Notes: a model not told the origin generated them from the letters alone. Numbered from the stretch's first letter, positions 11,701 to 28,182 are shown. The stretch is 64,000 nucleotides of DNA from Auanema rhodensis (GCA_964057225.1 OZ059894.1:23188001-23252000); one strand, 5' to 3'. Made by a program: numbers and translations.

Positions 11701-14700
11701 TAATTAAATGTACACGTGATGTGCACTTGGTATGTAACTCGCTTCACGTGAAAGATAAAGAGATGCGGTTTTCAAAATTAGATTCCCCATGTCCATATTA
11801 GTCTAAAAACAAATTTTTATTGATATTGGTTTATGGTAACCATGTCTTTGAAATTTACGTGAACTTTAATTTATGCTAATTAAATGTACACGTGATGTGC
11901 ACTTGGTATGTAACTCGCTTCACGTGAAAGATAAAGAGATGCGGTTTTCAAAATTAGATTCCCCATGTCCATATTAGTCTAAAAACAGATTTTTATTGAT
12001 ATTGGTTTATGGTAACCATGTCTTTGAAATTTACGTGAACTTTAATTTATGCTAATTAAATGTACACGTGATGTGCACTTGGTATGTAACTCGCTTCACG
12101 TGAAAGATAAAATGATGCGGTTTTCAAAATTAGATTCTTCATGTCCATATTAGTCTAAAAACAAATTTTTATTGATATTGGTTCATGGTAACCATGACTT
12201 TGAAATTTACGTGAACTTTAATTTATGCTAATTAAATGTACACGTGATGTGCACTTGGTATGTAACTCGCTTCACGTGAAAGATTAAGAGATGCGGTTTT
12301 CAAAATTAGATTCCCCATGTCCATATTAGTCTAAAAACAAATTTTTATTGATATTGGTTCATGGTAACCATGACTTTGAAATTTACGTGAACTTTAATTT
12401 ATGCTAATTAAATGTACACGTGATGTGCACTTGGTATGTAACTCGCTTCACGTGAAAGATAAAGAGATGCGGTTTTCAAAATTAGATTCCCCATGTCCAT
12501 ATTAGTCTAAAAACAAATTTTTATTGATATTGGTGCATGGTAACCATGACTTTGAAATTTACGTGAACTTTAATTTATGCTAATTAAATGTACACGTGAT
12601 GTGCACTTGGTATGTAACTCGCTTCACGTAAAAGATAAAGAGATGCGGTTTTCAAAATTAGATTCCCCATGTCCGTATTAGTCTAAAAACAAATTTTTAT
12701 TGATATTGGTGCATGGTAACCATGACTTTGAAATTTACGTGAACTTTAATTTATGCTAATTAAATGTACACGTGATGTGCACTTGGTATGTAACTCGCTT
12801 CACGTGAAAGATAAAGAGATGCGGTTTCCAAAATTAGATTCCCCATGTCCATATTATTCTAAAAACAGATTTTTTTGATATTGGTTCATGGTAACCATGA
12901 CTTTGAAATTTACGTGAACTTTAATTTATGCTAATTAAATGTACACGTGATGTGCACTTGGTATGTAACTCGCTTCACGTGAAAGATAAAGAGATGCGGT
13001 TTTCAAAATTAGATTCCCCATGTCCATATTAGTCTAAAAACAGATTTTTATTGATATTGGTTTATGGTAACCATGTCTTTGAAATTTACGTGAACTTTAA
13101 TTTATGCTAATTAAATGTACACGTGATGTGCACTTGGTATGTAACTCGCTTCACGTGAAAGATAAAATGATGCGGTTTTCAAAATTAGATTCTTCATGTC
13201 CATATTAGTCTAAAAACATATTTTTATTGATATTGGTTCATGGTAACCATGACTTTGAAATTTACGTGAACTTTAATTTATGCTAATTAAATGTACACGT
13301 GATGTGCACTTGGTATGTAACTCGCTTCACGTGAAAGATAAAGAGATGCGGTTTTCAAAATTAGATTCCCCATGTCCATATTAGTCTAAAAACAAATTTT
13401 TATTGATATTGGTTCATGGTAACCATGACTTTGAAATTTACGTGAACTTTAATTTATGCTAATTAAATGTACACGTGATGTGCACTTGGTATGTAACTCG
13501 CTTCACGTGAAAGATAAAGAGATGCGGTTTTCAAAATTAGATTCCCCATGTCCATATTAGTCTAAAAACAGATTTTTATTGATATTGGTTCATGGTAACC
13601 ATGACTTTGAAATTTACGTGAACTTTAATTTATGCTAATTAAATGTACACGTGATGTGCACTTGGTATGTAACTCGCTTCACGTGAAAGATAAAGAGATG
13701 CGGTTTTCAAAATTAGATTCCCCTTGTCCATATTAGTCTTAAAACAGATTTTTATTGATATTGGTTCATGGTAACCATGACTTTGAAATTTACGTGAACT
13801 TTAATTTATGCTAATTAAATGTACACGTGGAGTGCACTTGGTATGTAACTCGCTTCACGTGAAAGATAAAGAGATGCGGTTTTCAAAATTAGATTCCCCA
13901 TTTCCATATTAGTCTAAAAACAAATTTTTGATGATATTGGTTCATGGTAACCATGACTTTCAAATTTACGTGAACTTTAATTTATGCTAATTAAATGTAC
14001 ACGTGATGTGCACTTGGTATGTAACTCGCTTCACGTGAAAGATAAAATGATGCGGTTTTCAAAATTAGATTCCCCATGTCCATATTAGTCTAAAAACAAA
14101 TTTTTATTGATATTGGTTCATGGTAACCATGACTTTGAAATTTACGTGAACTTTAATTTATGCTAATTAAATGTACACGTGATGTGCACTTGGTATGTAA
14201 CTCGCTTCACGTGAAAGATAAAATGATGCGGTTTTCAAAATTAGATTCTTCATGTCCATATTAGTCTAAAAACAGATTTTTATTGATATTGGTTTATGGT
14301 AACCATGTCTTTGAAATTTACGTGAACTTTAATTTATGCTAATTAAATGTACACGTGATGTGCACTTGGTATGTAACTCGCTTCACGTGAAAGATAAAAT
14401 GATGCGGTTTTCAAAATTAGATTCTTCATGTCCATATTAGTCTAAAAACAAATTTTTATTGATATTGGTTCATGGTAACCATGACTTTGAAATTTACGTG
14501 AACTTTAATTTATGCTAATTAAATGTACACGTGATGTGCACTTGGTATGTAACTCGCTTCACGTGAAAGATTAAGAGATGCGGTTTTCAAAATTAGATTC
14601 CCCATGTCCATATTAGTCTAAAAACAAATTTTTATTGATATTGGTTCATGGTAACCATGACTTTGAAATTTACGTGAACTTTAATTTATGCTAATTAAAT

Positions 14701-16099
14701 GTACACGTGATGTGCACTTGGTATGTAACTCGCTTCACGTGAAAGATAAAGAGATGCGGTTTTCAAAATTAGATTCCCCATGTCCATATTAGTCTAAAAA
14801 CAAATTTTTATTGATATTGGTGCATGGTAACCATGACTTTGAAATTTACGTGAACTTTAATTTATGCTAATTAAATGTACACGTGATGTGCACTTGGTAT
14901 GTAACTCGCTTCACGTGAAAGATAAAGAGATGCGGTTTTCAAAATTAGATTCCCCATTTCCATATTAGTCTAAAAACAAATTTTTGATGATATTGGTTCA
15001 TGGTAACCATGACTTTGAAATTTACGTGAACTTTAATTTATGCTAATTAAATGTACACGTGATGTGCACTTGGTATGTAACTCGCTTCACGTGAAAGATA
15101 AAGAGATGCGGTTTCCAAAATTAGATTCCCCATGTCCATATTATTCTAAAAACAGATTTTTTTGATATTGGTTCATGGTAACCATGACTTTGAAATTTAC
15201 GTGAACTTTAATTTATGCTAATTAAATGTACACGTGATGTGCACTTGGTATGTAACTCGCTTCACGTGAAAGATAAAATGATGCGGTTTTCAAAATTAGA
15301 TTCTTCATGTCCATATTAGTCTAAAAACAGATTTTTATTGATATTGGTTTATGGTAACCATGTCTTTGAAATTTACGTGAACTTTAATTTATGCTAATTA
15401 AATGTACACGTGATGTGCACTTGGTATGTAACTCGCTTCACGTGAAAGATAAAATGATGCGGTTTTCAAAATTAGATTCTTCATGTCCATATTAGTCTAA
15501 AAACAAATTTTTATTGATATTGGTTTATGGTAACCATGTCTTTGAAATTTACGTTAACTTTAATTTATGCTAATTAAATGTACACGTGATGTGCACTTGG
15601 TATGTAACTCGCTTCACGTGAAAGATAAAATGATGCGGTTTTCAAAATTAGATTCTTCATGTCCATATTAGTCTAAAAACAAATTTTTATTGATATTGGT
15701 TCATGGTAACCATGACTTTGAAATTTACGTGAACTTTAATTTATGCTAATTAAATGTACACGTGATGTGCACTTGGTATGTAACTCGCTTCACGTGAAAG
15801 ATAAAGAGATGCGGTTTTCAAAATTAGATTCCCCATGTCCATATTAGTCTAAAAACAAATTTTTATTGATATTGGTGCATGGTAACCATGACTTTGAAAT
15901 TTACGTTAACTTTAATTTATGCTAATTAAATGTACACGTGATGTGCACTTGGTATGTAACTCGCTTCACGTGAAAGATAAAATGATGCGGTTTTCAAAAT
16001 TAGATTCCCCATGTCCGTATTAGTCTAAAAACAAATTTTTATTGATATTGGTGCATGGTAACCATGACTTTGAAATTTACGTGAACTTTAATTTATGCT

Positions 16100-19000
16100 A
16101 ATTAAATGTACACGTGATGTGCACTTGGTATGTAACTCGCTTCACGTGAAAGATAAAGAGATGCGGTTTCCAAAATTAGATTCCCCATGTCCATATTATT
16201 CTAAAAACAGATTTTTTTGATATTGGTTCATGGTAACCATGACTTTGAAATTTACGTGAACTTTAATTTATGCTAATTAAATGTACACGTGATGTGCACT
16301 TGGTATGTAACTCGCTTCACGTGAAAGATAAAGAGATGCAATTTTCAAAATTAGATTCCCCATGTCCATATTAGTCTAAAAACAAATTTTTATTGATATT
16401 GGTTCATGGTAACCATGACTTTGAAATTTACGTGAACTTTAATTTATGCTAATTAAATGTACACGTGATGTGCACTTGGTATGTAACTCGCTTCACGTGA
16501 AAGATAAGGAGATGCGGTTTTCAAAATTAGATTCCCCATGTCCATATTAGTCTAAAAACAGATTTTTATTGATATTGGTTTATGGTAACCATGTCTTTGA
16601 AATTTACGTTAACTTTAATTTATGCTAATTAAATGTACACGTGATGTGCACTTGGTATGTAACTCGCTTCACGTGAAAGATAAAATGATGCGGTTTTCAA
16701 AATTAGATTCTTCATGTCCATATTAGTCTAAAAACAAATTTTTATTGATATTGGTTCATGGTAACCATGACTTTGAAATTTACGTGAACTTTAATTTATG
16801 CTAATTAAATGTACACGTGATGTGCACTTGGTATGTAACTCGCTTCACGTGAAAGATAAGGAGATGCGGTTTTCAAAATTAGATTCCCCATGTCCATATT
16901 AGTCTAAAAACAGATTTTTATTGATATTGGTTTATGGTAACCATCTCTTTGAAATTTACGTTAACTTTAATTTATGCTAATTAAATGTACACGTGATGTG
17001 CACTTGGTATGTAACTCGCTTCACGTGAAAGATAAAATGATGCGGTTTTCAAAATTAGATTCTTCATGTCCATATTAGTCTAAAAACAAATTTTTATTGA
17101 TATTGGTTCATGGTAACCATGACTTTGAAATTTAAGTGAACTTTAATTTATGCTAATTAAATGTACACGTGATGTGCACTTGGTATGTAACTCGCTTCAC
17201 GTGAAAGATAAAGAGATGCGGTTTTCAAAATTAGATTCCCCATGTCCATATTAGTCTAAAAACAAATTTTTATTGATATTGGTTCATGGTAACCATGACT
17301 TTGAAACTTACGTGAACTCTAATTTATGCTAATTAAATGTACACGTGATGTGCACTTGGTATGTAACTCGCTTCACGTGAAAAATAAAGAGATGCGGTTT
17401 TCAAAATTAGATTCCCCATGTCCATATTAGTCTAAAAACAAATTTTTATTGATATTGGTTCATTGTAACCATGTCTTTGAAATTTACGTGAACTTTAATT
17501 TATGCTAATTAAATGTACACGTGATGTGCACTTGGTATGTAACTCGCTTCACGTGAAAGATAAAGAGATGCGGTTTTCAAAATTAGATTCCCCATGTCCA
17601 TATTAGTCTAAAAACAAATTTTTATTGATATTGGTGCATGGTAACCATGACTTTGAAATTTACGTGAACTTTAATTTATGCTAATTAAATGTACACGTGA
17701 TGTGCACTTGGTATGTAACTCGCTTCACGTGAAAGATAAAAAGATGCGGTTTTCAAAATTAGATTTCCCATGTCCATATTAGTCTAAAAACATATTTTTA
17801 TTGATATTGGTTCATGGTAACCATGACTTTGAAATTTACGTGAACTTTAATTTATGCTAATTAAATGTACACGTGATGTGCACTTGGTATGTAACTCGCT
17901 TCACGTGAAAGATAAAGAGATGCGGTTTTCAAAATTAGATTTCCCATGTCCATATTAGTCTAAAAACAAATTTTTATTGATATTGGTTCATGGTAACCAT
18001 GACTTTGAAATTTACCTGAACTTTAATTTATGCTAATTAAATGTACACGTGATGTGCACTTGGTATGTAACTCGCTTCACTTGAAAGATAAAGAGATGCG
18101 GTTTTCAAAATTAGATTCCCCATGTCCATATTAGTCTAAAAACATATTTTTATTGATATTGGTTCATGGTAACCATGACTTTGAAATTTACGTGAACTTT
18201 AATTTATGCTAATTAAATGTACACGTGATGTGCACTTGGTATGTAACTCGCTTCACGTGAAAGATAAAGAGATGTGGTTTTCAAAATTAGATTCCCCATG
18301 TCCATATTAGTCTAAAAACAAATTTTTATTGATATTGGTTCATGGTAACCATGACTTTGAAATTTACGTGAACTTTAATTTATGCTAATTAAATGTACAC
18401 GTGATGTGCACTTGGTATGTAACTCGCTTCACGTGAAAGATAAAGAGATGTGGTTTTCAAAATTAGATTCCCCATGTCCATATTAGTCTAAAAACAAATT
18501 TTTATTGATATTGGTTCATGGTAACCATGACTTTGAAATTTACGTGAACTTTAATTTATGCTAATTAAATGTACACGTGATGTGCACTTGGTATGTAACT
18601 CGCTTCACGTGAAAGATAAAATGATGCGGTTTTCAAAATTAGATTCCCCATGTCCATATTAGTCTAAAAACAAATTTTTATTGATATTGGTTCATGGTAA
18701 CCATGACTTTGAAATTTACGTGAACTTTAATTTATGCTAATTAAATGTACACGTGATGTGCACTTGGTATGTAACTCGCTTCACGTGAAAGATAAAATGA
18801 TGCGGTTTTCAAAATTAGATTCTTCATGTCCATATTAGTCTAAAAACAGATTTTTATTGATATTGGTTTATGGTAACCATGTCTTTGAAATTTACGTGAA
18901 CTTTAATTTATGCTAATTAAATGTACACGTGATGTGCACTTGGTATGTAACTCGCTTCACGTGAAAGATAAAGAGATGCGGTTTTCAAAATTAGATTCCC

Positions 19001-22000
19001 CATTTCCATATTAGTCTAAAAACAAATTTTTGATGATATTGGTTCATGGTAACCATGACTTTCAAATTTACGTGAACTTTAATTTATGCTAATTAAATGT
19101 ACACGTGATGTGCACTTGGTATGTAACTCGCTTCACGTGAAAGATAAAATGATGCGGTTTTCAAAATTAGATTCCCCATGTCCATATTAGTCTAAAAACA
19201 AATTTTTATTGATATTGGTTCATGGTAACCATGACTTTGAAATTTACGTGAACTTTAATTTATGCTAATTAAATGTACACGTGATGTGCACTTGGTATGT
19301 AACTCGCTTCACGTGAAAGATAAAATGATGCGGTTTTCAAAATTAGATTCTTCATGTCCATATTAGTCTAAAAACAAATTTTTATTGATATTGGTTCATG
19401 GTAACCATGACTTTGAAATTTACGTGAACTTTAATTTATGCTAATTAAATGTACACGTGATGTGCACTTGGTATGTAACTCGCTTCACGTAAAAGATAAA
19501 GAGATGCGGTTTTCAAAATTAGATTCCCCATGTCCGTATTAGTCTAAAAACAAATTTTTATTGATATTGGTGCATGGTAACCATGACTTTGAAATTTACG
19601 TGAACTTTAATTTATGCTAATTAAATGTACACGTGATGTGCACTTGGTATGTAACTCGCTTCACGTGAAAGATAAAGAGATGCGGTTTCCAAAATTAGAT
19701 TCCCCATGTCCATATTATTCTAAAAACAGATTTTTTTGATATTGGTTCATGGTAACCATGACTTTGAAATTTACGTGAACTTTAATTTATGCTAATTAAA
19801 TGTACACGTGATGTGCACTTGGTATGTAACTCGCTTCACGTGAAAGATAAAGAGATGCGGTTTTCAAAATTAGATTCCCCATGTCCATATTAGTCTAAAA
19901 ACAAATTTTTATTGATATTGGTTCATGGTAACCATGACTTTGAAATTTACGTGAACTTTAATTTATGCTAATTAAATGTACACGTGATGTGCACTTGGTA
20001 TGTAACTCGCTTCACGTGAAAGATAAGGAGATGCGGTTTTCAAAATTAGATTCCCCATGTCCATATTAGTCTAAAAACAGATTTTTATTGATATTGGTTT
20101 ATGGTAACCATGTCTTTGAAATTTACGTTAACTTTAATTTATGCTAATTAAATGTACACGTGATGTGCACTTGGTATGTAACTCGCTTCACGTGAAAGAT
20201 AAAATGATGCGGTTTTCAAAATTAGATTCTTCATGTCCATATTAGTCTAAAAACAAATTTTTATTGATATTGGTTCATGGTAACCATGACTTTGAAATTT
20301 ACGTGAACTTTAATTTATGCTAATTAAATGTACACGTGATGTGCACTTGGTATGTAACTCGCTTCACGTGAAAGATAAGGAGATGCGGTTTTCAAAATTA
20401 GATTCCCCATGTCCATATTAGTCTAAAAACAGATTTTTATTGATATTGGTTTATGGTAACCATGTCTTTGAAATTTACGTTAACTTTAATTTATGCTAAT
20501 TAAATGTACACGTGATGTGCACTTGGTATGTAACTCGCTTCACGTGAAAGATAAAATGATGCGGTTTTCAAAATTAGATTCTTCATGTCCATATTAGTCT
20601 AAAAACAAATTTTTATTGATATTGGTTCATGGTAACCATGACTTTGAAATTTAAGTGAACTTTAATTTATGCTAATTAAATGTACACGTGATGTGCACTT
20701 GGTATGTAACTCGCTTCACGTGAAAGATAAAGAGATGCGGTTTTCAAAATTAGATTCCCCATGTCCATATTAGTCTAAAAACAAATTTTTATTGATATTG
20801 GTTCATGGTAACCATGACTTTGAAACTTACGTGAACTCTAATTTATGCTAATTAAATGTACACGTGATGTGCACTTGGTATGTAACTCGCTTCACGTGAA
20901 AAATAAAGAGATGCGGTTTTCAAAATTAGATTCCCCATGTCCATATTAGTCTAAAAACAAATTTTCATTGATATTGGTTCATGGTAACCATGATTTTGAA
21001 ATTTACGTGAACTTTAATTTATGCTAATTAAATGTACACGTGATGTGCACTTGGTATGTAACTCGCTTCACGTGAAAGATAAAGAGATGCGGTTTTCAAA
21101 ATTAGATTCCCCATGTCCATATTAGTCTAAAAACAAATTTTTATTGATATTGGTTCATTGTAACCATGTCTTTGAAATTTACGTGAACTTTAATTTATGC
21201 TAATTAAATGTACACGTGATGTGCACTTGGTATGTAACTCGCTTCACGTGAAAGATAAAGAGATGCGGTTTTCAAAATTAGATTCCCCATGTCCATATTA
21301 GTCTAAAAACAAATTTTTATTGATATTGGTGCATGGTAACCATGACTTTGAAATTTACGTGAACTTTAATTTATGCTAATTAAATGTACACGTGATGTGC
21401 ACTTGGTATGTAACTCGCTTCACGTGAAAGATAAAAAGATGCGGTTTTCAAAATTAGATTTCCCATGTCCATATTAGTCTAAAAACATATTTTTATTGAT
21501 ATTGGTTCATGGTAACCATGACTTTGAAATTTACGTGAACTTTAATTTATGCTAATTAAATGTACACGTGATGTGCACTTGGTATGTAACTCGCTTCACG
21601 TGAAAGATAAAGAGATGCGGTTTTCAAAATTAGATTTCCCATGTCCATATTAGTCTAAAAACAAATTTTTATTGATATTGGTTCATGGTAACCATGACTT
21701 TGAAATTTACCTGAACTTTAATTTATGCTAATTAAATGTACACGTGATGTGCACTTGGTATGTAACTCGCTTCACTTGAAAGATAAAGAGATGCGGTTTT
21801 CAAAATTAGATTCCCCATGTCCATATTAGTCTAAAAACATATTTTTATTGATATTGGTTCATGGTAACCATGACTTTGAAATTTACGTGAACTTTAATTT
21901 ATGCTAATTAAATGTACACGTGATGTGCACTTGGTATGTAACTCGCTTCACGTGAAAGATAAAGAGATGTGGTTTTCAAAATTAGATTCCCCATGTCCAT

Positions 22001-25000
22001 ATTAGTCTAAAAACAAATTTTTATTGATATTGGTTCATGGTAACCATGACTTTGAAATTTACGTGAACTTTAATTTATGCTAATTAAATGTACACGTGAT
22101 GTGCACTTGGTATGTAACTCGCTTCACGTGAAAGATAAAGAGATGTGGTTTTCAAAATTAGATTCCCCATGTCCATATTAGTCTAAAAACAAATTTTTAT
22201 TGATATTGGTTCATGGTAACCATGACTTTGAAATTTACGTGAACTTTAATTTATGCTAATTAAATGTACACGTGATGTGCACTTGGTATGTAACTCGCTT
22301 CACGTGAAAGATAAAATGATGCGGTTTTCAAAATTAGATTCCCCATGTCCATATTAGTCTAAAAACAAATTTTTATTGATATTGGTTCATGGTAACCATG
22401 ACTTTGAAATTTACGTGAACTTTAATTTATGCTAATTAAATGTACACGTGATGTGCACTTGGTATGTAACTCGCTTCACGTGAAAGATAAAATGATGCGG
22501 TTTTCAAAATTAGATTCTTCATGTCCATATTAGTCTAAAAACAGATTTTTATTGATATTGGTTTATGGTAACCATGTCTTTGAAATTTACGTGAACTTTA
22601 ATTTATGCTAATTAAATGTACACGTGATGTGCACTTGGTATGTAACTCGCTTCACGTGAAAGATAAAATGATGCGGTTTTCAAAATTAGATTCTTCATGT
22701 CCATATTAGTCTAAAAACAAATTTTTATTAATATTGGTTCATGGTAACCATGACTTTGAAATTTACGTGAACTTTAATTTATGCTAATTAAATGTACACG
22801 TGATGTGCACTTGGTATGTAACTCGCTTCACGTGAACGATTAAGAGATGCGGTTTTCAAAATTAGATTCCCCATGTCCATATTAGTCTAAAAACAAATTT
22901 TTATTGATATTGGTTCATGGTAACCATGACTTTGAAATTTACGTGAACTTTAATTTATGCTAATTAAATGTACACGTGATGTGCACTTGGTATGTAACTC
23001 GCTTCACGTGAAAGATAAAGAGATGCGGTTTTCAAAATTAGATTCCCCATGTCCATATTAGTCTAAAAACAAATTTTTATTGATATTGGTGCATGGTAAC
23101 CATGACTTTGAAATTTACGTGAACTTTAATTTATGCTAATTAAATGTACACGTGATGTGCACTTGGTATGTAACTCGCTTCACGTAAAAGATAAAGAGAT
23201 GCGGTTTTCAAAATTAGATTCCCCATGTCCGTATTAGTCTAAAAACAAATTTTTATTGATATTGGTGCATGGTAACCATGACTTTGAAATTTACGTGAAC
23301 TTTAATTTATGCTAATTAAATGTACACGTGATGTGCACTTGGTATGTAACTCGCTTCACGTGAAAGATAAAGAGATGCGGTTTCCAAAATTAGATTCCCC
23401 ATGTCCATATTATTCTAAAAACAGATTTTTTTGATATTGGTTCATGGTAACCATGACTTTGAAATTTACGTGAACTTTAATTTATGCTAATTAAATGTAC
23501 ACGTGATGTGCACTTGGTATGTAACTCGCTTCACGTGAAAGATAAAGAGATGCGGTTTTCAAAATTAGATTCCCCATGTCCATATTAGTCTAAAAACAAA
23601 TTTTTATTGATATTGGTTCATGGTAACCATGACTTTGAAATTTACGTGAACTTTAATTTATGCTAATTAAATGTACACGTGATGTGCACTTGGTATGTAA
23701 CTCGCTTCACGTGAAAGATAAGGAGATGCGGTTTTCAAAATTAGATTCCCCATGTCCATATTAGTCTAAAAACAGATTTTTATTGATATTGGTTTATGGT
23801 AACCATGTCTTTGAAATTTACGTTAACTTTAATTTATGCTAATTAAATGTACACGTGATGTGCACTTGGTATGTAACTCGCTTCACGTGAAAGATAAAAT
23901 GATGCGGTTTTCAAAATTAGATTCTTCATGTCCATATTAGTCTAAAAACAAATTTTTATTGATATTGGTTCATGGTAACCATGACTTTGAAATTTACGTG
24001 AACTTTAATTTATGCTAATTAAATGTACACGTGATGTGCACTTGGTATGTAACTCGCTTCACGTGAAAGATAAGGAGATGCGGTTTTCAAAATTAGATTC
24101 CCCATGTCCATATTAGTCTAAAAACAGATTTTTATTGATATTGGTTTATGGTAACCATGTCTTTGAAATTTACGTTAACTTTAATTTATGCTAATTAAAT
24201 GTACACGTGATGTGCACTTGGTATGTAACTCGCTTCACGTGAAAGATAAAATGATGCGGTTTTCAAAATTAGATTCTTCATGTCCATATTAGTCTAAAAA
24301 CAAATTTTTATTGATATTGGTTCATGGTAACCATGACTTTGAAATTTAAGTGAACTTTAATTTATGCTAATTAAATGTACACGTGATGTGCACTTGGTAT
24401 GTAACTCGCTTCACGTGAAAGATAAAGAGATGCGGTTTTCAAAATTAGATTCCCCATGTCCATATTAGTCTAAAAACAAATTTTTATTGATATTGGTTCA
24501 TGGTAACCATGACTTTGAAACTTACGTGAACTCTAATTTATGCTAATTAAATGTACACGTGATGTGCACTTGGTATGTAACTCGCTTCACGTGAAAAATA
24601 AAGAGATGCGGTTTTCAAAATTAGATTCCCCATGTCCATATTAGTCTAAAAACAAATTTTTATTGATATTGGTTCATTGTAACCATGTCTTTGAAATTTA
24701 CGTGAACTTTAATTTATGCTAATTAAATGTACACGTGATGTGCACTTGGTATGTAACTCGCTTCACGTGAAAGATAAAGAGATGCGGTTTTCAAAATTAG
24801 ATTCCCCATGTCCATATTAGTCTAAAAACAAATTTTTATTGATATTGGTGCATGGTAACCATGACTTTGAAATTTACGTGAACTTTAATTTATGCTAATT
24901 AAATGTACACGTGATGTGCACTTGGTATGTAACTCGCTTCACGTGAAAGATAAAAAGATGCGGTTTTCAAAATTAGATTTCCCATGTCCATATTAGTCTA

Positions 25001-25700
25001 AAAACATATTTTTATTGATATTGGTTCATGGTAACCATGACTTTGAAATTTACGTGAACTTTAATTTATGCTAATTAAATGTACACGTGATGTGCACTTG
25101 GTATGTAACTCGCTTCACGTGAAAGATAAAGAGATGCGGTTTTCAAAATTAGATTTCCCATGTCCATATTAGTCTAAAAACAAATTTTTATTGATATTGG
25201 TTCATGGTAACCATGACTTTGAAATTTACCTGAACTTTAATTTATGCTAATTAAATGTACACGTGATGTGCACTTGGTATGTAACTCGCTTCACTTGAAA
25301 GATAAAGAGATGCGGTTTTCAAAATTAGATTCCCCATGTCCATATTAGTCTAAAAACATATTTTTATTGATATTGGTTCATGGTAACCATGACTTTGAAA
25401 TTTACGTGAACTTTAATTTATGCTAATTAAATGTACACGTGATGTGCACTTGGTATGTAACTCGCTTCACGTGAAAGATAAAGAGATGTGGTTTTCAAAA
25501 TTAGATTCCCCATGTCCATATTAGTCTAAAAACAAATTTTTATTGATATTGGTTCATGGTAACCATGACTTTGAAATTTACGTGAACTTTAATTTATGCT
25601 AATTAAATGTACACGTGATGTGCACTTGGTATGTAACTCGCTTCACGTGAAAGATAAAGAGATGTGGTTTTCAAAATTAGATTTCCCATGTCCATATTAG
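16100..25700 (+). repeat. Higher-order repeat: about 20/21-mer x3 containing an internal dimer duplication
   Basis: The GTGAAAAATA marker is at 17383, 20902 and 24597 (offsets 3519 = 20 x 176 - 1 and 3695 = 21 x 176 - 1). It is always preceded by the AAACTT/AACTCT monomer and a doubled AAGG..GTT / AAAT..CTT dimer. Confidence 0.8.
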
Positions 25701-28118
25701 TCTAAAAACAAATTTTTATTGATATTGGTTCATGGTAACCATGACTTTGAAATTTACCTGAACTTTAATTTATGCTAATTAAATGTACACGTGATGTGCA
25801 CTTGGTATGTAACTCGCTTCACGTGAAAGATAAAGAGATGCGGTTTTCAAAATTAGATTCCCCATGTCCATATTAGTCTAAAAACATATTTTTATTGATA
25901 TTGGTTCATGGTAACCATGACTTTGAAATTTACGTGAACTTTAATTTATGCTAATTAAATGTACACGTGATGTGCACTTGGTATGTAACTCGCTTCACGT
26001 GAAAGATAAAGAGATGTGGTTTTCAAAATTAGATTCCCCATGTCCATATTAGTCTAAAAACAAATTTTTATTGATATTGGTTCATGGTAACCATGACTTT
26101 GAAACTTACGTGAACTTTAATTTATGCTAATTAAATGTACACGTGATGTGCACTTGGTATGTAACTCGCTTCACTTGAAAGATAAAGAGATGCGGTTTTC
26201 AAAATTAGATTCCCCATGTCCATATTAGTCTAAAAACAAATTTTTATTGATATTGGTGCATGGTAACCATGACTTTGAAATTTACGTGAACTTTAATTTA
26301 TGCTAATTAAATGTAAACGTGATGTGCACTTGGTATGTAACTCGCTTCACGTGAAAGATAAAAAGATACGGTTTTCAAAATTAGATTCCACATGTCCATA
26401 TTAGTCTAAAAACAAATTTTTATTGATATTGGTTCATGGTAACCATGACTTTGAAATTTAAGTGAACTTTAATTTATGCTAATTAAATGTACACGTGATG
26501 TGCACTTGGTATGTAACTCGCTTCACGTGAAAGATAAAGAGATGCGGTTTTCAAAATTAGATTCCCCATGTCCATATTAGTCTAAAAACAAATTTTTATT
26601 GATATTGGTTCATGGTAACCATGACTTTCAAATTTACGTGAACTTTAATTTATGCTAATTAAATGTACACGTGAAGTGCACTTGGTATGTAACTCGCTTC
26701 ACGTGAAAGATAAAGAGATGCGGTTTTCAAAATTAGATTCCCCATGTCCATATTAGTCTAAAAACATATTTTTATTGATATTGGTTCATGGTAACCATGA
26801 CTTTGAAATTTACGTGAACTTTAATTTATGCTAATTAAATGTAAACGTGATGTGCACTTGGTATGTAACTCGCTTCACGTGAAAGATAAAAAGATACGGT
26901 TTTCAAAATTAGATTCCACATGTCCATATTAGTCTAAAAACAAATTTTTATTGATATTGGTTCATGGTAACCATGACTTTGAAATTTAAGTGAACTTTAA
27001 TTTATGCTAATTAAATGTACACGTGATGTGCACTTGGTATGTAACTCGCTTCACGTGAAAGATAAAGAGATGCGGTTTTCAAAATTAGATTCCCCATGTC
27101 CATATTAGTCTAAAAACAAATTTTTATTGATATTGGTTCATGGTAACCATGACTTTCAAATTTACGTGAACTTTAATTTATGCTAATTAAATGTACACGT
27201 GAAGTGCACTTGGTATGTAACTCGCTTCACGTGAAAGATAAAGAGATGCGGTTTTCAAAATTAGATTCCCCATGTCCATATTAGTCTAAAAACAAATTTT
27301 TATTGATATTGGTTTATGGTAACCATGACTTTGAAATTTACGTGAACTTTAATTTATGCTAACTAAATGTACACGTGATGTGCACTTGGTATGTAACTCG
27401 CTTCACGTGAAAGATAAAGAGATGCGGTTTTCAAAATTAGATTCCCCATGTCCATATTAGTCTAAAAACAAATTTTTATTGATATTGGTGCATGGTAACC
27501 ATGACTTTGAATTTTACGTGAACTTTAATTTATGCTAATTAAATGTACACGTGATGTGCACTTGGTATGTAACTCGCTTCACGTAAAAGATAAAGAGATG
27601 CGGTTTTCAAAATTAGATTCCCCATGTCCATATTAGTCTAAAAACAAATTTTTATTGATATTGGTTCATGGTAACCATAACTTTGAAATTTACGTGAACT
27701 TTAATTTATGCTAATTAAATGTACACGTGATGTGCACTTGGTATGTAACTCGCTTCACGTGAAAGATAAAGAGATGCGGTTTTCAAAATTAGCTTCCCCA
27801 TGTCCATATTAGTCTAAAAACAAATTTTCATTGATATTGGTGCATGGTAACCATGACTTTGAAATTTACGTGAACTTTAATTTATGCTAATTAAATGTAC
27901 ACGTGATGTGCACTTGGTATGTAACTCGCTTCACGTGAAAGATAAAGAGATGCGGTTTTCAAAATTAGATTCCCCATGTCCATATTAGTCTAAAAACAAA
28001 TTTTTATTGATATTGGTGCATGGTAACCATGACTTTGAAATTTACGTGAACTTTAATTTATGCTAATTAAATGTACACGTGATGTGCACTTGGTATGTAA
28101 CTCGCTTCAGGTGAAAGA

Positions 28119-28182
28119 ATTTGAAATTTTTTGAAAAAATTTTTGTCAAAATGTTTTTGGAAGCAATGTTGAGTGTACATGG
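28119..28182 (+). other. 64-bp non-consensus patch replacing 51 bp of monomer (copy 1; monomer is 188 bp)
   Basis: ATTTGAAATTTTTTGAAAAAATTTTTGTCAAAATGTTTTTGGAAGCAATGTTGAGTGTACATGG lies between GTGAAAGA and AAACAAAT, in place of TAAAGAGATG...TTAGTCTAA. Confidence 0.95.

Noticed and set aside
16340-16341. UV-type tandem mutations (GG>AA here, CC>TT in TTCTTCAT)
   Set aside because: There are only two candidate events, and single-step intermediates exist for the CC>TT change, so no mutational signature can be claimed.
28119-28182. Transposon or MITE insertion
   Set aside because: It replaces satellite sequence rather than inserting into it, and has no target-site duplication, terminal inverted repeats or poly(A) tail.
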